DNA of 64,000 bases. It comes from Candidatus Sulfobium sp. GTDB taxonomy: Bacteria > Nitrospirota > Thermodesulfovibrionia > Thermodesulfovibrionales > UBA6898. Shown here piece after piece: positions 8,558 to 19,158 of this stretch (positions are counted from its first letter, which is position 1; each line of letters opens with the position of its first letter). Under the pieces are notes generated by a model, which had not been told where the DNA came from, made no database searches, and saw only the letters and a program-made list of their open reading frames with translations. The stretch spans positions 78,281 to 142,280 of the forward strand of contig JARRRI010000004.1 of NCBI GenBank assembly GCA_037380845.1, given 5' to 3'. Made by a program: the position numbers and the translations under genes.

Positions 8558-9175
8558 TTATCTCCGGCCGGCGCTTCCTCTCTGTCTCACCGCCTCGTAA
8601 AGGCAAATGGCTGCCGACGAGGCGACGTTGAGGCTCTCAGCACCTCCGTAAATGGGTATTTTGACCGTAAGGTCGGCCTCTTCCTTCAATTCCCTGCTTA
8701 CCCCGTGCGCCTCGTTCCCGAAGGCAAAGGCACCAGGATACGTAAGATCGGCATCATACAAAATATCGGTTGCATCGGGGGAAGTGACGGTCATTTTAAT
8801 GGAACGCTCCTTCATCCATTTCATGAGCGGCGCAATTTCTGTTTCCACCACCGGGATGTTGAAGACGCTGCCGGCCGAGGCCCTCAGGGGCTTGGGCATG
8901 AAGGGGTCGCATGTCCCCGGCAGGAGGACCACGGCGTGGGCACCGGCGGCGTCGGAGGTCCTGATGATAGTGCCCAGGTTTCCGGGGTCCTTTATCCCGT
9001 CCAGAACGACGACCATAGGCGGACCCGACGTTTTCACTCTTTCCAGCCGGAGCGGCCGATATGAAACGACCGCGCTGCCACTTTCCGGACGACTGAGGTA
9101 ATTGTCCCCGTCCCGGCAGGGTCTTGTATCGTCTTCCGGCGAAAGCCGACGGAAACACTTGGGACCGTCGATCAT
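8558..9175 (-). pseudogene. TrmH/SpoU RNA methyltransferase lacking its normal N-terminal substrate-binding domain (truncated or chimeric)
   Basis: LDGIKDPGNLGTIIR, FGNEAHG, ESLNVA motifs intact; the first ~35 aa do not resemble SpoU. Confidence 0.65.
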
Positions 9176-9254
9176 AAATTGCTGTCATAACAGGGAAAAT
9201 TGACTAAATCTGCGGTATTATTTTAGAGTAGATAAATACCACAGGAGGGCGAAA

Positions 9255-10547
9255 TTGACGAGCGCAGTTGAAAATATCAGCGGTACCAAGAAACGTCTGA
9301 AGATAGAAATACCGACCGACGTTGTGGAGAAAGAATACACGGAGTCGATCGACAAGGTGAAACAGAGGGCCAGGATACCGGGTTTCAGGCCGGGCAAGGC
9401 CCCCTCGAGCCTGATCGAGAAAAAATTCGGAGAAGACATAAAGGCTGAAATCATTGACAAGCTGGTACCCCGGTACTATTCCGATGCCTTGAAAGAAGCG
9501 GAACTGGTTCCGGTGACGATGCCGGAGTTCGAGACGGCGGTTGAACTGAAGAGGAACGAGCCCCTTTCCTTCGCCCTTACGGTTGAGGTGAGACCGGCGG
9601 TGCCTGACTTCGAATATACGGGACTCGAGGTGGAGGAGTCCGTCCCGGAAGTGGAAGAGAAAGAAATAGACGAGATGATCGAGGGGTTGCGGGAAGAGAG
9701 GGCGATGTTCGAGGCCGTGGACAGGGAGATCAGGAAAGACGATCTCCTGGTAATCGATTACGTTAAGCTCGATCCCTCCGGCGAGAAGGAACTGTCTTCA
9801 GCGAAGGAGCAGGTAATGGACCTCGGCAACAAGCTGGCCCCCCCGGCAATACTCGAATCCCTGGTAGGCAGAAGGAAAGGCGATTTGGTGGATATATCGG
9901 TGCCCTCATTCGAAAAGGGTGAGGCAAAGGAAGAAGAGCCGGGCGGCGGGAGCCTCGTCAGGATAACCGTCAAGGAGGTCAAGGAAAAGAAGTTGCCTGA
10001 GGTAGACGACGAATTTGCCAAAGATTTCGGCAGCGAAACGATCTCGGCCTTCCGGGAGAACGTCAGGGAGAAGATCGCGCAGGCAAAGAAGGACAAGGCT
10101 GCGGCCGGGCAGAAGGAGAAGCTCCTCGACAGGCTGGTCGAGAGTCATGAATTCGAAGTCCCCGAGGCGCTTCTTGAACATGAGCTTGACAAACTGGTGG
10201 TGAATGAAAAGCATTCCCGAAATAAGCCGGGGGCACCCGGTGATGAGAAGCCCGTTGAAGAGGAAGATTCCGCCATAGCCGAGAGACTGAGACCGAAGGC
10301 CGTACACAACGTGAAGGCGGGAATTCTGCTGGACATAATCGCGGAGAAGGAAGGCATCACAGCCACCGAAGAAGAGATGAAGACGAGGATAGGTCTTCTG
10401 GCCAGACATCTGCAGACTACACCAGACGCTGTGATCAACCTCTTTGTCACCAGGGACGGATCACTTGATACGTTCAGAAGGACGATCAGAGACGAGAAGG
10501 TCATGGACCTCGTTTTATCGAAAGCTGAAAAGGTAAAAGGAGCATAA
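9255..10547 (+). CDS. tig: Trigger factor
   Basis: IPGFRPGKAP motif; upstream of clpP; SD AGGAGG with TTG start. Confidence 0.96.
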   Translation: MTSAVENISGTKKRLKIEIPTDVVEKEYTESIDKVKQRARIPGFRPGKAPSSLIEKKFGEDIKAEIIDKLVPRYYSDALKEAELVPVTMPEFETAVELKRNEPLSFALTVEVRPAVPDFEYTGLEVEESVPEVEEKEIDEMIEGLREERAMFEAVDREIRKDDLLVIDYVKLDPSGEKELSSAKEQVMDLGNKLAPPAILESLVGRRKGDLVDISVPSFEKGEAKEEEPGGGSLVRITVKEVKEKKLPEVDDEFAKDFGSETISAFRENVREKIAQAKKDKAAAGQKEKLLDRLVESHEFEVPEALLEHELDKLVVNEKHSRNKPGAPGDEKPVEEEDSAIAERLRPKAVHNVKAGILLDIIAEKEGITATEEEMKTRIGLLARHLQTTPDAVINLFVTRDGSLDTFRRTIRDEKVMDLVLSKAEKVKGA

Positions 10548-10550
10548 ATA

Positions 10551-11147
10551 ATGAGTGTAATACCTATCGTAATAGAGCAGACCGGGAGGTCCGAAAGGGC
10601 CTATGACATATACTCGAGACTGCTCAAGGACAGGATAATCTTTCTGGGCACCGCCATAGACGATATAGTGGCTAACACGGTGATCGCCCAGATCCTCTTC
10701 CTGCAGACGGAAGACCCGGATAAAGACATACACATATATGTGAATTCACCCGGAGGGGTGGTGTCGTCGGGGCTGGCCATATACGACACCATGCAGTACG
10801 TCAAACCCGACATCTCCACTTACTGCATAGGACAGGCGGCGAGCATGGGGGCGCTCCTCCTGGCGGCCGGCACGAAGGGCAAGAGGTTCGCCCTCCCCCA
10901 TTCTCGGGTCATGATCCACCAGCCGATGGGAGGGTTTCAGGGCCAGGCAACGGACATCGAGATCCATGCCAAGGAAATACTTAAGATGAAGGATACGCTT
11001 AACAGGATAATTTCGAACCACACGGGTCAGTCTCTCGAAAAGATACAGACCGATACCGACAGGGACTTCTTTATGTCGGGAGAGGAGGCGAAGGCCTACG
11101 GAATAGTGGACGAGGTGATCCATACCGTCAAGAAAAAGGAAGGATGA
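10551..11147 (+). CDS. clpP: ATP-dependent Clp protease proteolytic subunit
   Basis: [32 protein letters not shown]. Confidence 0.98.
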   Translation: MSVIPIVIEQTGRSERAYDIYSRLLKDRIIFLGTAIDDIVANTVIAQILFLQTEDPDKDIHIYVNSPGGVVSSGLAIYDTMQYVKPDISTYCIGQAASMGALLLAAGTKGKRFALPHSRVMIHQPMGGFQGQATDIEIHAKEILKMKDTLNRIISNHTGQSLEKIQTDTDRDFFMSGEEAKAYGIVDEVIHTVKKKEG

Positions 11148-11218
11148 CCGGAGGTCTGTGCACCAACTGTTGAAGAACGTTAAACGTCAATGAAGTTTTT
11201 TATTCAGTGGAGGATTAG

Positions 11219-12460
11219 ATGGCAAGAAAAGATGAGGAAGCTCTGAAGTGCTCATTCTGCGGCAAGGGACAGGAGGAAGTCAAGAAGCTTATCGCCGGTC
11301 CCACGGTTTATATTTGTAATGAGTGTATCGAGCTTTGCAATGAAATAATAGCGGACGAACTCTATGTGGATGCGGGGAAGGAGCTGCTTCCGAAGCTCCC
11401 TACCCCAAAGGAAATACACGCCGTTCTCAATGATTTCGTGGTAGGGCAGGAGAAGGCGAAGAAGACACTTTCCGTGGCGGTTCACAACCATTACAAGAGG
11501 ATTTACAACCCTTCGGAATCGGATATAGAGCTCCAGAAGAGCAACATCCTTCTGATCGGGCCTACCGGCACGGGCAAGACCCTTCTGGCCCAGACCCTGG
11601 CGAGGATCCTCGACGTCCCCTTCACCATTGCGGACGCTACGACCCTCACCGAGGCGGGCTATGTAGGCGAGGACGTGGAGAATATCATACTGAAACTCCT
11701 TCAGTCGGCCGATTACGACGTCGAAAAGGCTCAGAGGGGCATAGTTTACATCGACGAGATAGACAAGATCAGCAGGAAATCGGACAACCCCTCGATTACC
11801 CGGGACGTATCCGGCGAAGGTGTGCAGCAGGCCCTGCTCAAGATCGTGGAGGGTACTATTGCGAACATCCCTCCGCAGGGAGGCCGCAAACACCCCCAGC
11901 AGGACTTCATCCAGGTGGACACGTCGAACATCCTCTTCGTCTGCGGGGGCGCCTTTGTGGGCCTGGACGGCATTGTGGAGCAGAGGACGGGGAAGAAGAC
12001 CATGGGTTTCGGGTCCAATGTGGTGAGCAGGACGGAGAAGAAGGTCGGCGATGTCCTGAGCATGACGGAGCCGGAAGACCTGATCAAGTACGGGATGATA
12101 CCCGAATTTGTCGGGAGGCTCCCAGTGGTTACGACGCTGGAGGAACTCGACGAGGCCGCTCTCATCAGGATACTGGTGGAGCCCAAGAACTCGCTCATAA
12201 AGCAGTATCAGAAGCTTCTGTCCTTCGATAACGTGCGGCTGAAGTTCACTGACAGTGCGCTTCTGGCGGTCGCAAAGAAGGCGGTACAGCGGAAGTCCGG
12301 CGCCCGGGGCCTGAGGGCCATTCTCGAGGAGATCATGCTGGAGGTGATGTATGAGATACCCTCCCAGAAGGGGATCAAGGAATGCATGATAACCGAGGAA
12401 ACAGTGACCAGGAAGGAAAAGCCCATCCTGATTTATGAGCAACAGGCGGAATCCGCCTAG
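11219..12460 (+). CDS. clpX: ATP-dependent Clp protease ATP-binding subunit
   Basis: CSFCGK zinc finger, [22 protein letters not shown]. Confidence 0.98.
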   Translation: MARKDEEALKCSFCGKGQEEVKKLIAGPTVYICNECIELCNEIIADELYVDAGKELLPKLPTPKEIHAVLNDFVVGQEKAKKTLSVAVHNHYKRIYNPSESDIELQKSNILLIGPTGTGKTLLAQTLARILDVPFTIADATTLTEAGYVGEDVENIILKLLQSADYDVEKAQRGIVYIDEIDKISRKSDNPSITRDVSGEGVQQALLKIVEGTIANIPPQGGRKHPQQDFIQVDTSNILFVCGGAFVGLDGIVEQRTGKKTMGFGSNVVSRTEKKVGDVLSMTEPEDLIKYGMIPEFVGRLPVVTTLEELDEAALIRILVEPKNSLIKQYQKLLSFDNVRLKFTDSALLAVAKKAVQRKSGARGLRAILEEIMLEVMYEIPSQKGIKECMITEETVTRKEKPILIYEQQAESA

Positions 12461-12472
12461 CATGATTGAGGA

Positions 12473-12500
12473 GCCGGGGAACAGAACCTGTTCCCCGGTC
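12473..12500. terminator. Hairpin after clpX
   Basis: ccggggaacag-aac-ctgttccccgg. Confidence 0.55.
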
Positions 12501-12899
12501 ATCTCAACTCATTGCAGTATATGCTCCGCGTTTGGGTAAACTCAGACGTTGCAAAACAGCCCGAAAGGAGCGCCGAAAAAGTTTTGTAATGACGACAGGA
12601 TTTTATTTATCTCCCACATAAATGAGCACTCAACGCCCGTTGGCCGCCGGAAAAAAGGCCGGCCGCCATTCTATACGGCTGTGAGGTGTCGCTACAAGAC
12701 ATTTTCCAGCGCCCCTTCCGGGCTTTCGGGAAATCTTTTTGCAAAAGTAAGGTAAACCTGCCGGCCTGCGCCGGAATCCGTTCTATACATTCCCTGCCCG
12801 GCAATAAGTTGCGGGAAGGAGTTTCACCTCTCCCGGATTAGTGGTAGACTTTAATGGAAGGCGTTTGAAGTTCCAACCGGATAATTAAGGAGGTACACA

Positions 12900-13523
12900 A
12901 TGAGAATGCGGGTGATTTCTCTTCTTACACTGGTCATGTTTGTCATTGGGACCGCCGGGTGTGCCAGCGTAAGCCAGCAGACACAGGAGCATCCGGGCGC
13001 GGCGACCGGAGCGGCGGTGGGAGCCGCGGGCGGGGCCGTGGCGGGGTCCCTGATGGGTGCTCACGGCGCCAGGACGGAGACTGCCATAATAGGAGGACTC
13101 CTCGGCGCGCTCGTCGGGGGACTGATCGGGCATTATGCGTATGATGTAAAAAGGTCGAGACAGGAGACGGACAGGAAATATAACTATCAGCCCTCTGCAG
13201 GAGTCTCTATGAGGCTGGAGGACACGTCGGTCGAACCCCGGACGACAAGACCGGGGCAACAGGTGGAACTCCTGGCCACCTATGCCATCATGACTCCTTC
13301 ACCGACGGAGGAGGTCCCCGTTACGGAGACGCGGGAGATCAAGTTCGGAAGCCAACTGGTTGGGAAACCGGAGGTGACGGTCAGACGCGGCGGCGGTACA
13401 TATACGTCCCGGGTGCCCCTTACACTCCCTTCCGATGCGAAATCCGGAAAGTACAAGGTGTACACGACCATTGCAATCGCCAATTCAAAGGATACCCGGG
13501 AGACGACTTTTGAAGTCAGGTAG
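12900..13523 (+). CDS. Glycine-zipper lipoprotein
   Basis: Lipobox TAGC followed by repeated GxxxG zipper; SD AAGGAGG. Confidence 0.8.
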   Translation: MRMRVISLLTLVMFVIGTAGCASVSQQTQEHPGAATGAAVGAAGGAVAGSLMGAHGARTETAIIGGLLGALVGGLIGHYAYDVKRSRQETDRKYNYQPSAGVSMRLEDTSVEPRTTRPGQQVELLATYAIMTPSPTEEVPVTETREIKFGSQLVGKPEVTVRRGGGTYTSRVPLTLPSDAKSGKYKVYTTIAIANSKDTRETTFEVR

Positions 13524-13536
13524 AGGGAGGCAGAAG

Positions 13537-13989
13537 CTATGTTTGGTCTTCTGTCCTGCGGGCGGAGCATCTCATCGATTTTTCGGCCGCGCTCCTGATC
13601 GCCTGCCTCAGGTCCTCATCGTCCACGTCTGAGACAAGGGTCTCAACGAAGGAGGCGTCTTCCGCTGAAAGGCCGGCTGGCTCCCGGACGACCGGTCCGG
13701 GAGTTCTGACCCTGTATATCCTTCCGATCCTGAAACGTACGTCGCGGACTCCATGGTGCCTCAGCTTCTCAACGATCTGCCGTTTATGGAAGGTGAGTTG
13801 CTGCATCCATATCGGCTGATCGACGTTCACGAGGAGTTCGCCTTCCGCGAGCTTCGACGGCGACATATGCATCGAGAGGGTCGGGCCGAAGAGGGTATCC
13901 CATTCGCTTCTTATCCGGCCCAGCCGGACCCCGGCCGTCAAGCCGAGCCTCCTGATCAGCGGCGACAGCGCATGAGACGCCTTTTCCAC
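13537..13989 (-). CDS. DUF721/DciA family protein
   Basis: W..LFG..LS.H..P.KL..GELLV.VD.PIWMQQL...K..I...L...VRDVRFRIG pattern; GTG just after rpmB. Confidence 0.75.
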   Translation of the reverse strand: MEKASHALSPLIRRLGLTAGVRLGRIRSEWDTLFGPTLSMHMSPSKLAEGELLVNVDQPIWMQQLTFHKRQIVEKLRHHGVRDVRFRIGRIYRVRTPGPVVREPAGLSAEDASFVETLVSDVDDEDLRQAIRSAAEKSMRCSARRTEDQT

Positions 13990-13991
13990 CC

Positions 13992-14180
13992 CTAGACCAC
14001 TTTCTTTACGGCGCCGGAGCGGAGACACCTGGTGCAGACATAGGCCCTCTTCACCCCGCTGGATGTGGCGATTCTGGTCCTCTGAAGGTTGGGCAGTACC
14101 TGTCTCTTCGTCCGGTTGTTGGCGTGGCTGACATTGTTGCCGACGGTCTTCTTCTTTCCACATGCGATACAGCTTGCCAA
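13992..14180 (-). CDS. rpmB: 50S ribosomal protein L28
   Basis: [20 protein letters not shown]...PNLQ...VCTRCLRSG. Confidence 0.97.
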   Translation of the reverse strand: MASCIACGKKKTVGNNVSHANNRTKRQVLPNLQRTRIATSSGVKRAYVCTRCLRSGAVKKVV

Positions 14181-14302
14181 TTGAGGTTCCTCCTTTCAGA
14201 AATTGCATAATAAGGCTTTTTTATGATAACATTTTAAGATTAACGAAACAAGAATGAAGCGCCCCGGTTTTTAGAGTGCAGGGGCGGGTTAGGCATCTGA
14301 TA

Positions 14303-16654
14303 ATGGCGAAAATAAGAGTATACGAACTGGCAAAGAAGCTCAATCTCCAGAGCAAGGAGATTGTGGAGGCGCTTTCCTCTATGGGCCTGGAGGGCAAGAC
14401 CCATTCTTCGAGCATAGAAGAAGACATTGCCGAGAAGGTCTCAAAGGCCCTGAAAACAGAGGGCGCTGCCGGGGAGAAGAAGACGCCTTCTGCCCGGGAG
14501 GGCGGAAAAGCCGGCAAGGCCGCAGGCGTCCGGGAAGAAAGGGCGGCCCGGCCTGAAAAAGCTGCGGCTGAGGCCGGCCGGAAAGGCCGGGCAGGGGAAG
14601 AAAAACGAAAAGGCGGGCAGGAGAAGCAGGCTGCAGAGAAGGAGAGGCCCCCGGAAGAGAAGACCCCGTCAGCGGCCCTCGAAGCCGAAGAAGAGATAAA
14701 ACTGCCCGACAGGTTCAAAAAGGATATCGAGGCGGAAAAGATCGAGAAGTTCAAGGCCAAGCCCGGTCTTCAGAGGGCTTTTCAGTCCATCAGGAAGATA
14801 GAGCCCAAGAAATGGCATGAAGTCAGAGGCGGCAAGAGGGGCGGTTCGAAGTTCGCGCCGCGGCAGGAACAGAAACCTCAGATACAGTCCACAATGCCGC
14901 GGAAGAAGGTCATCAAGCTCCGCGAGGGTACAACCGTCAAGGAGTTCTCGGAACTGCTGGGGCTCAAATTTTCCGATGTGATAAAGAAGTTCATGGAGTT
15001 GGGCTACATGCCTACCATCAACCAGCCTGTGGACCCTGATGCCGCCCTTCTAGTTGCTGAGGGTTTCGGCGTCAAGATGGAGTTGTCGTCCGTAGAGGAA
15101 GACGTCCAGGTCGAAGAAGTCGAAGAGGACGCCGCAAAACTGCAGCCGAGGGCCCCTGTCGTGACTATCATGGGCCACGTCGACCACGGCAAGACGTCTC
15201 TCCTGGACGCGATACGAGAGACAAAGGTCACCGAAACCGAGGCGGGGGGAATTACCCAGCATATCGGGGCTTACAAGGTTAACCTCAAGGGGAAGGACAT
15301 TGTCTTTCTCGATACGCCGGGTCACGAGGCGTTCACTTCGATGAGGGCCCGGGGGGCGAAGGTTACCGACGTCGTTGTTCTCGTTGTGGCTGCCGATGAC
15401 GGCGTGATGCCTCAGACTGTTGAGGCGATCAACCATGCCAAGGCGGCGAACGTCCCGATCGTCGTGGCCGTAAACAAGATAGACAAGCCTGAAGCGAATG
15501 TGGACAGGGTAAAAAACGAGCTTTCCGAGCAGGGGATTATCTCCGAGGAATGGGGCGGACAGAATATATTTGTTGAGGTCTCGGCGAAGAAGCGGATGGG
15601 GATAGAGAACCTCCTTGAGATGATCCTCCTGCAGTCCGAAATGATGGAATTGCGTGCGAACCCCGAAAGACAGGCGAGGGGAACGGTCGTGGAGGCGAAA
15701 CTGGACAAGGGGAGGGGGCCAGTCGCTACGCTTCTCGTTCAGACCGGCCGGCTCCGGATCGGCGATGCGCTTTTGTCGGGGACCCATGTGGGCAAGGTGA
15801 GGGCATTGATCGACGACAGCGGCAAGAGGGTAGAGGAGGTCGGTCCTTCAACGCCCGTGGAAGTTATAGGCTTCTCCGAGGTCCCCAGCTCCGGCGATAT
15901 ATTTACAGTAGTCGAGGACGAAAAGCGAGCCCGGCAGATAGCGCTGTCCAGGCAGCAGAAGCAGAGGTCGCTGGAGATAGCAAGAGCGAAAAAACTGACC
16001 CTCGACGAACTTTATACCAAGATAAAAGAGGGGCAGATAAAGGAGCTGAACATCATCATCAAAGGTGACGTGCACGGTTCCGTGGAGGCGATCAAGGACG
16101 CCCTTGAGAATATCACCCATCCGGAGGTGAAAGTGAGGGTTATTCACACCTCGGTGGGGGGGATAAACGAGTCCGATGTGATGCTTGCTACGGCTTCCAA
16201 TGCCATCATTATAGGGTTCAACGTAAGGCCTGAGGTGAAGGCCTCGCAGACCGCCGAAAAAGAGGGGGTTGATATCCGGCTCTATAACGTTATCTATGAG
16301 GCGATAGAAGACGTCAAGAAGGCTTTGGAGGGGCTGCTGGAGCCGACCCTGAAGGAGAAGGTGCTCGGCCGGGCGGAAGTCAGGCAGCTGTTCCCCGTAT
16401 CGCGACTCGGCACCATAGCCGGCTCCTATGTTACAGACGGCTATATATCCCGTGCCAGTGACGGCATCCGCGTTCTCAGGGACAACGTGGTTATTTACGA
16501 AGGCAAGATAAGCACGCTGAAGCGGTTCAAGGACGATGTCAAGGAAGTTCAGGCCGGCTACGAATGCGGGATCCTCGTCGAGAATTTCAATGATCTCAAA
16601 GTCGGGGACATCCTGGAGAATTTCATAATCGAAAAAATAGCAGCAAAGCTGTAG
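14303..16654 (+). CDS. infB: Translation initiation factor IF-2
   Basis: [32 protein letters not shown]. Confidence 0.98.
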   Translation: MAKIRVYELAKKLNLQSKEIVEALSSMGLEGKTHSSSIEEDIAEKVSKALKTEGAAGEKKTPSAREGGKAGKAAGVREERAARPEKAAAEAGRKGRAGEEKRKGGQEKQAAEKERPPEEKTPSAALEAEEEIKLPDRFKKDIEAEKIEKFKAKPGLQRAFQSIRKIEPKKWHEVRGGKRGGSKFAPRQEQKPQIQSTMPRKKVIKLREGTTVKEFSELLGLKFSDVIKKFMELGYMPTINQPVDPDAALLVAEGFGVKMELSSVEEDVQVEEVEEDAAKLQPRAPVVTIMGHVDHGKTSLLDAIRETKVTETEAGGITQHIGAYKVNLKGKDIVFLDTPGHEAFTSMRARGAKVTDVVVLVVAADDGVMPQTVEAINHAKAANVPIVVAVNKIDKPEANVDRVKNELSEQGIISEEWGGQNIFVEVSAKKRMGIENLLEMILLQSEMMELRANPERQARGTVVEAKLDKGRGPVATLLVQTGRLRIGDALLSGTHVGKVRALIDDSGKRVEEVGPSTPVEVIGFSEVPSSGDIFTVVEDEKRARQIALSRQQKQRSLEIARAKKLTLDELYTKIKEGQIKELNIIIKGDVHGSVEAIKDALENITHPEVKVRVIHTSVGGINESDVMLATASNAIIIGFNVRPEVKASQTAEKEGVDIRLYNVIYEAIEDVKKALEGLLEPTLKEKVLGRAEVRQLFPVSRLGTIAGSYVTDGYISRASDGIRVLRDNVVIYEGKISTLKRFKDDVKEVQAGYECGILVENFNDLKVGDILENFIIEKIAAKL

Positions 16655-16838
16655 CAGATCCTGCCGCGGATAGCCCTCAGTTCCGTGGAACCTGTCCGGG
16701 GACTTCCGACGACGCGGGGGGAGGAAGACGGAGGTTCTACCAGACAAAAACCCATGGCCTCTTGTTGCCGTTACTTCCCTGACCCGATCCGGCAGGACAA
16801 ACAATAACCGGAAGAATCCGGCATTTCAAAGGTGAAAT

Positions 16839-17195
16839 ATGCTTCCATACAAACGTTCGGAAAGAGTGGCCGACCTTATCAGGGAGGAGATCGCCGATCT
16901 GATCATGTACAAACTTAAGGACCCCCGGATCGGCTTCGTTACCGTGACAGGGGTGGAGATGACCCCGGACCTGAAGATGGCCAGGGTATTTGTGAGCATT
17001 CTCAGGGAGGAAGAGCGGGAGGGCACGCTCGAAATACTGAACGCATCAAAAAGTTTCATCCGTTCGTCTCTCTCAAAGAGACTGAGACTGAAATTCATCC
17101 CCAGCATTGAGTTCAGACTGGATACCTCGATCGACTACGGCTTCAAGATAGACAGGCTCCTGAAGGAGATAAAGAAAGATGATGAAGGCTCCTAA
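16839..17195 (+). CDS. rbfA: Ribosome-binding factor A
   Basis: RSERVADLIREEI..KDPRIGFVTVTGV. Confidence 0.96.
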   Translation: MLPYKRSERVADLIREEIADLIMYKLKDPRIGFVTVTGVEMTPDLKMARVFVSILREEEREGTLEILNASKSFIRSSLSKRLRLKFIPSIEFRLDTSIDYGFKIDRLLKEIKKDDEGS

Positions 17196-18132
17196 AGAAA
17201 TTCTTTCGGTCTTTAAGAGGGAGAAAAGGTTCCTTGTGGCGACGCACATCAGCCCAGACGGCGACACGATCGGCTCGGGGCTGGCGCTCGCGGCGGCCCT
17301 GGAGGCCATGGGGAAGGAAACCGCCGTCTACTGCCGGGACCGGATCCCGAAGTACTACCGCTTCCTCCCGGGGCAGGAGAAAATTGCCCGCGGGCTGAAG
17401 GAAGTGACGAAGACCGCGCGGGTACTGGTCCTCCTTGACTGCAACAGCGCGCAAAGGGCCGGGGTCGAGAGACATACGTTTCCGCTTTCGGTGGTGATCG
17501 ACCACCATGAAACCGGCAGCGACTTCGGGGACTTGAGATGGATTGAGCCGGGTGCCGCTGCGACCGGGTTAATGGTCTATCATGTGATAAAGGCCATGGG
17601 TGTGCGTTTCACGCGGGAGATGGCGGTCAATCTCTACACCGCAATCGCCGTCGATACCGGAACGTTCCGCTTCAGCAATACGTCTGCGGAAGTGCTTGCT
17701 GCCGGCGCTGAACTTGTCAGATACGGCGCCGACCCGGGACACATCTCCCGGCAGTTGTATGAATCCTGGGAGGAGAAGAGGTTCAGATTGCTCATGATGA
17801 CCCTCGACACTCTGGAAATAAAGGACAGGATGGCCATTGTTTTTATCACGCGGGAAATGTTCGACAAGACCCGCACCAGGGCCGCCGACACCGAAAATTT
17901 CCCTAATTTCCCCAAGATGATCGGCGCGGTCGAGGTATCGGCGTCGTTCAGGCAAAAAGGTGCAAAGACCTGGAAGGTCAGTCTGAGGTCAAGGGGAAAA
18001 GTAAACGTTGCCGGGATAGCCGAACTCTTCGGCGGCGGAGGACATGCCAATGCCGCTGGTTACGAAACGGAGGGAAGCGCAAGGACTGTAAAAGACGCCC
18101 TTTTCAGGGCGTACGAAGGCCACCGGAAGTAA
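17179..18132 (+). CDS. nrnA: DHH/DHHA1 oligoribonuclease / pAp phosphatase
   Basis: THISPDGD, IDHH, DTGTF, GGGGHANAAG. Confidence 0.9.
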   Translation: MMKAPKEILSVFKREKRFLVATHISPDGDTIGSGLALAAALEAMGKETAVYCRDRIPKYYRFLPGQEKIARGLKEVTKTARVLVLLDCNSAQRAGVERHTFPLSVVIDHHETGSDFGDLRWIEPGAAATGLMVYHVIKAMGVRFTREMAVNLYTAIAVDTGTFRFSNTSAEVLAAGAELVRYGADPGHISRQLYESWEEKRFRLLMMTLDTLEIKDRMAIVFITREMFDKTRTRAADTENFPNFPKMIGAVEVSASFRQKGAKTWKVSLRSRGKVNVAGIAELFGGGGHANAAGYETEGSARTVKDALFRAYEGHRK

Positions 18133-18153
18133 TCCGGCCGGGAGAAGGGACTG

Positions 18154-19095
18154 TTGCCGGACGGCGCCAATATAATAATCAACCTTAACAAGCCCCGGGA
18201 TATAACTTCCCAGGGGGCGGTTTCGCGGGTGAAGAGGCTGCTGGGGGTGAGGAAGGCGGGGCACGCCGGAACACTCGATCCCCTTGCCACGGGTATTCTT
18301 CTGGTCTGCCTGAATGAGGCCACCAAAGTCACCAGGTTCCTCATGGACATGGACAAGGAGTATGTGGCCCGGGTAAAACTGGGGGAAAGAACGGATACCT
18401 GTGATTCCCGGGGCACGGTGATCGAAAAGAGACATGTGCCTCCGCTGGAGAAAGCGGCGATCGAAAGTGTCGCCTCGATGTTCCTGGGCACGATCAGTCA
18501 GAAGCCTCCGATGTATTCTGCCGTCAAGATCGGCGGCAAGACTCTCCACAAACTCGCACGCAAAGGAATCGAGATCGAGAGACCGGAACGGCGGGTCGAG
18601 ATCCATGACATCCGCGTGCTGGAAGTGGAACTTCCTTATTTCGACCTCTCTGTTTCCTGTTCCAAAGGGACTTATATCAGGACGCTTTGCGACGATATGG
18701 GGACAAGGCTCGGTACGGGGGCGCATCTTACGGCGCTGGAAAGGACAAGGGTCGGGTTCTTTTCAGTGGATGACGCAGTGAGCCTCGAGGGGTTGGGCGG
18801 AGAGGGAAGTGTCTTTTCCCGAAGGTCTTTTTGTTCAATAGACCAGGTGCTCTCAGGACTGCCCGAAATAATATTCTCCGACCAGGAGTACAGACTGATA
18901 AAAAACGGAGTCCGTATAAGATCGCCGAAAGTCAACGAATTGGCGGACGGATCCCACGTAAGATTGAAGGCCCCCCGGGGAAAACTTTTCGGCATCGGCA
19001 GGATAAACTCCGGCGTAATACGGGTCGAGAGACTTCTTCATCTCCCACCAAATTCCGAGCAGGAATGTGATCTAGATCACAAAACCTTAAACTAA
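18154..19095 (+). CDS. truB: tRNA pseudouridine55 synthase
   Basis: KAGHAGTLDPLATG, PPMYSAVK, CSKGTYIRTL. Confidence 0.97.
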   Translation: MPDGANIIINLNKPRDITSQGAVSRVKRLLGVRKAGHAGTLDPLATGILLVCLNEATKVTRFLMDMDKEYVARVKLGERTDTCDSRGTVIEKRHVPPLEKAAIESVASMFLGTISQKPPMYSAVKIGGKTLHKLARKGIEIERPERRVEIHDIRVLEVELPYFDLSVSCSKGTYIRTLCDDMGTRLGTGAHLTALERTRVGFFSVDDAVSLEGLGGEGSVFSRRSFCSIDQVLSGLPEIIFSDQEYRLIKNGVRIRSPKVNELADGSHVRLKAPRGKLFGIGRINSGVIRVERLLHLPPNSEQECDLDHKTLN

Positions 19096-19158
19096 TTTCT
19101 ACATATTAGATTTGAACTGTCTGATATAACAGAATTATTTTGTCAAAAAAACCTTGAC

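Noticed and set aside
9085..9172. Minus-strand gacggtcccaag...ccgtc resembling a twister ribozyme loop, and a cggc-gaaa-gccg hairpin
   Set aside because: The other conserved twister elements could not be placed; better explained as part of the chimeric ORF.
12500..12890. Long intergenic region after clpX as a possible ncRNA or small gene
   Set aside because: Only weak hairpins and promoter-like sequence; nothing supportable.
13537..14208. 223-aa ORF spanning rpmB
   Set aside because: The N-terminal part overlaps rpmB in another frame; the real DUF721 gene most likely starts at GTG 13989.
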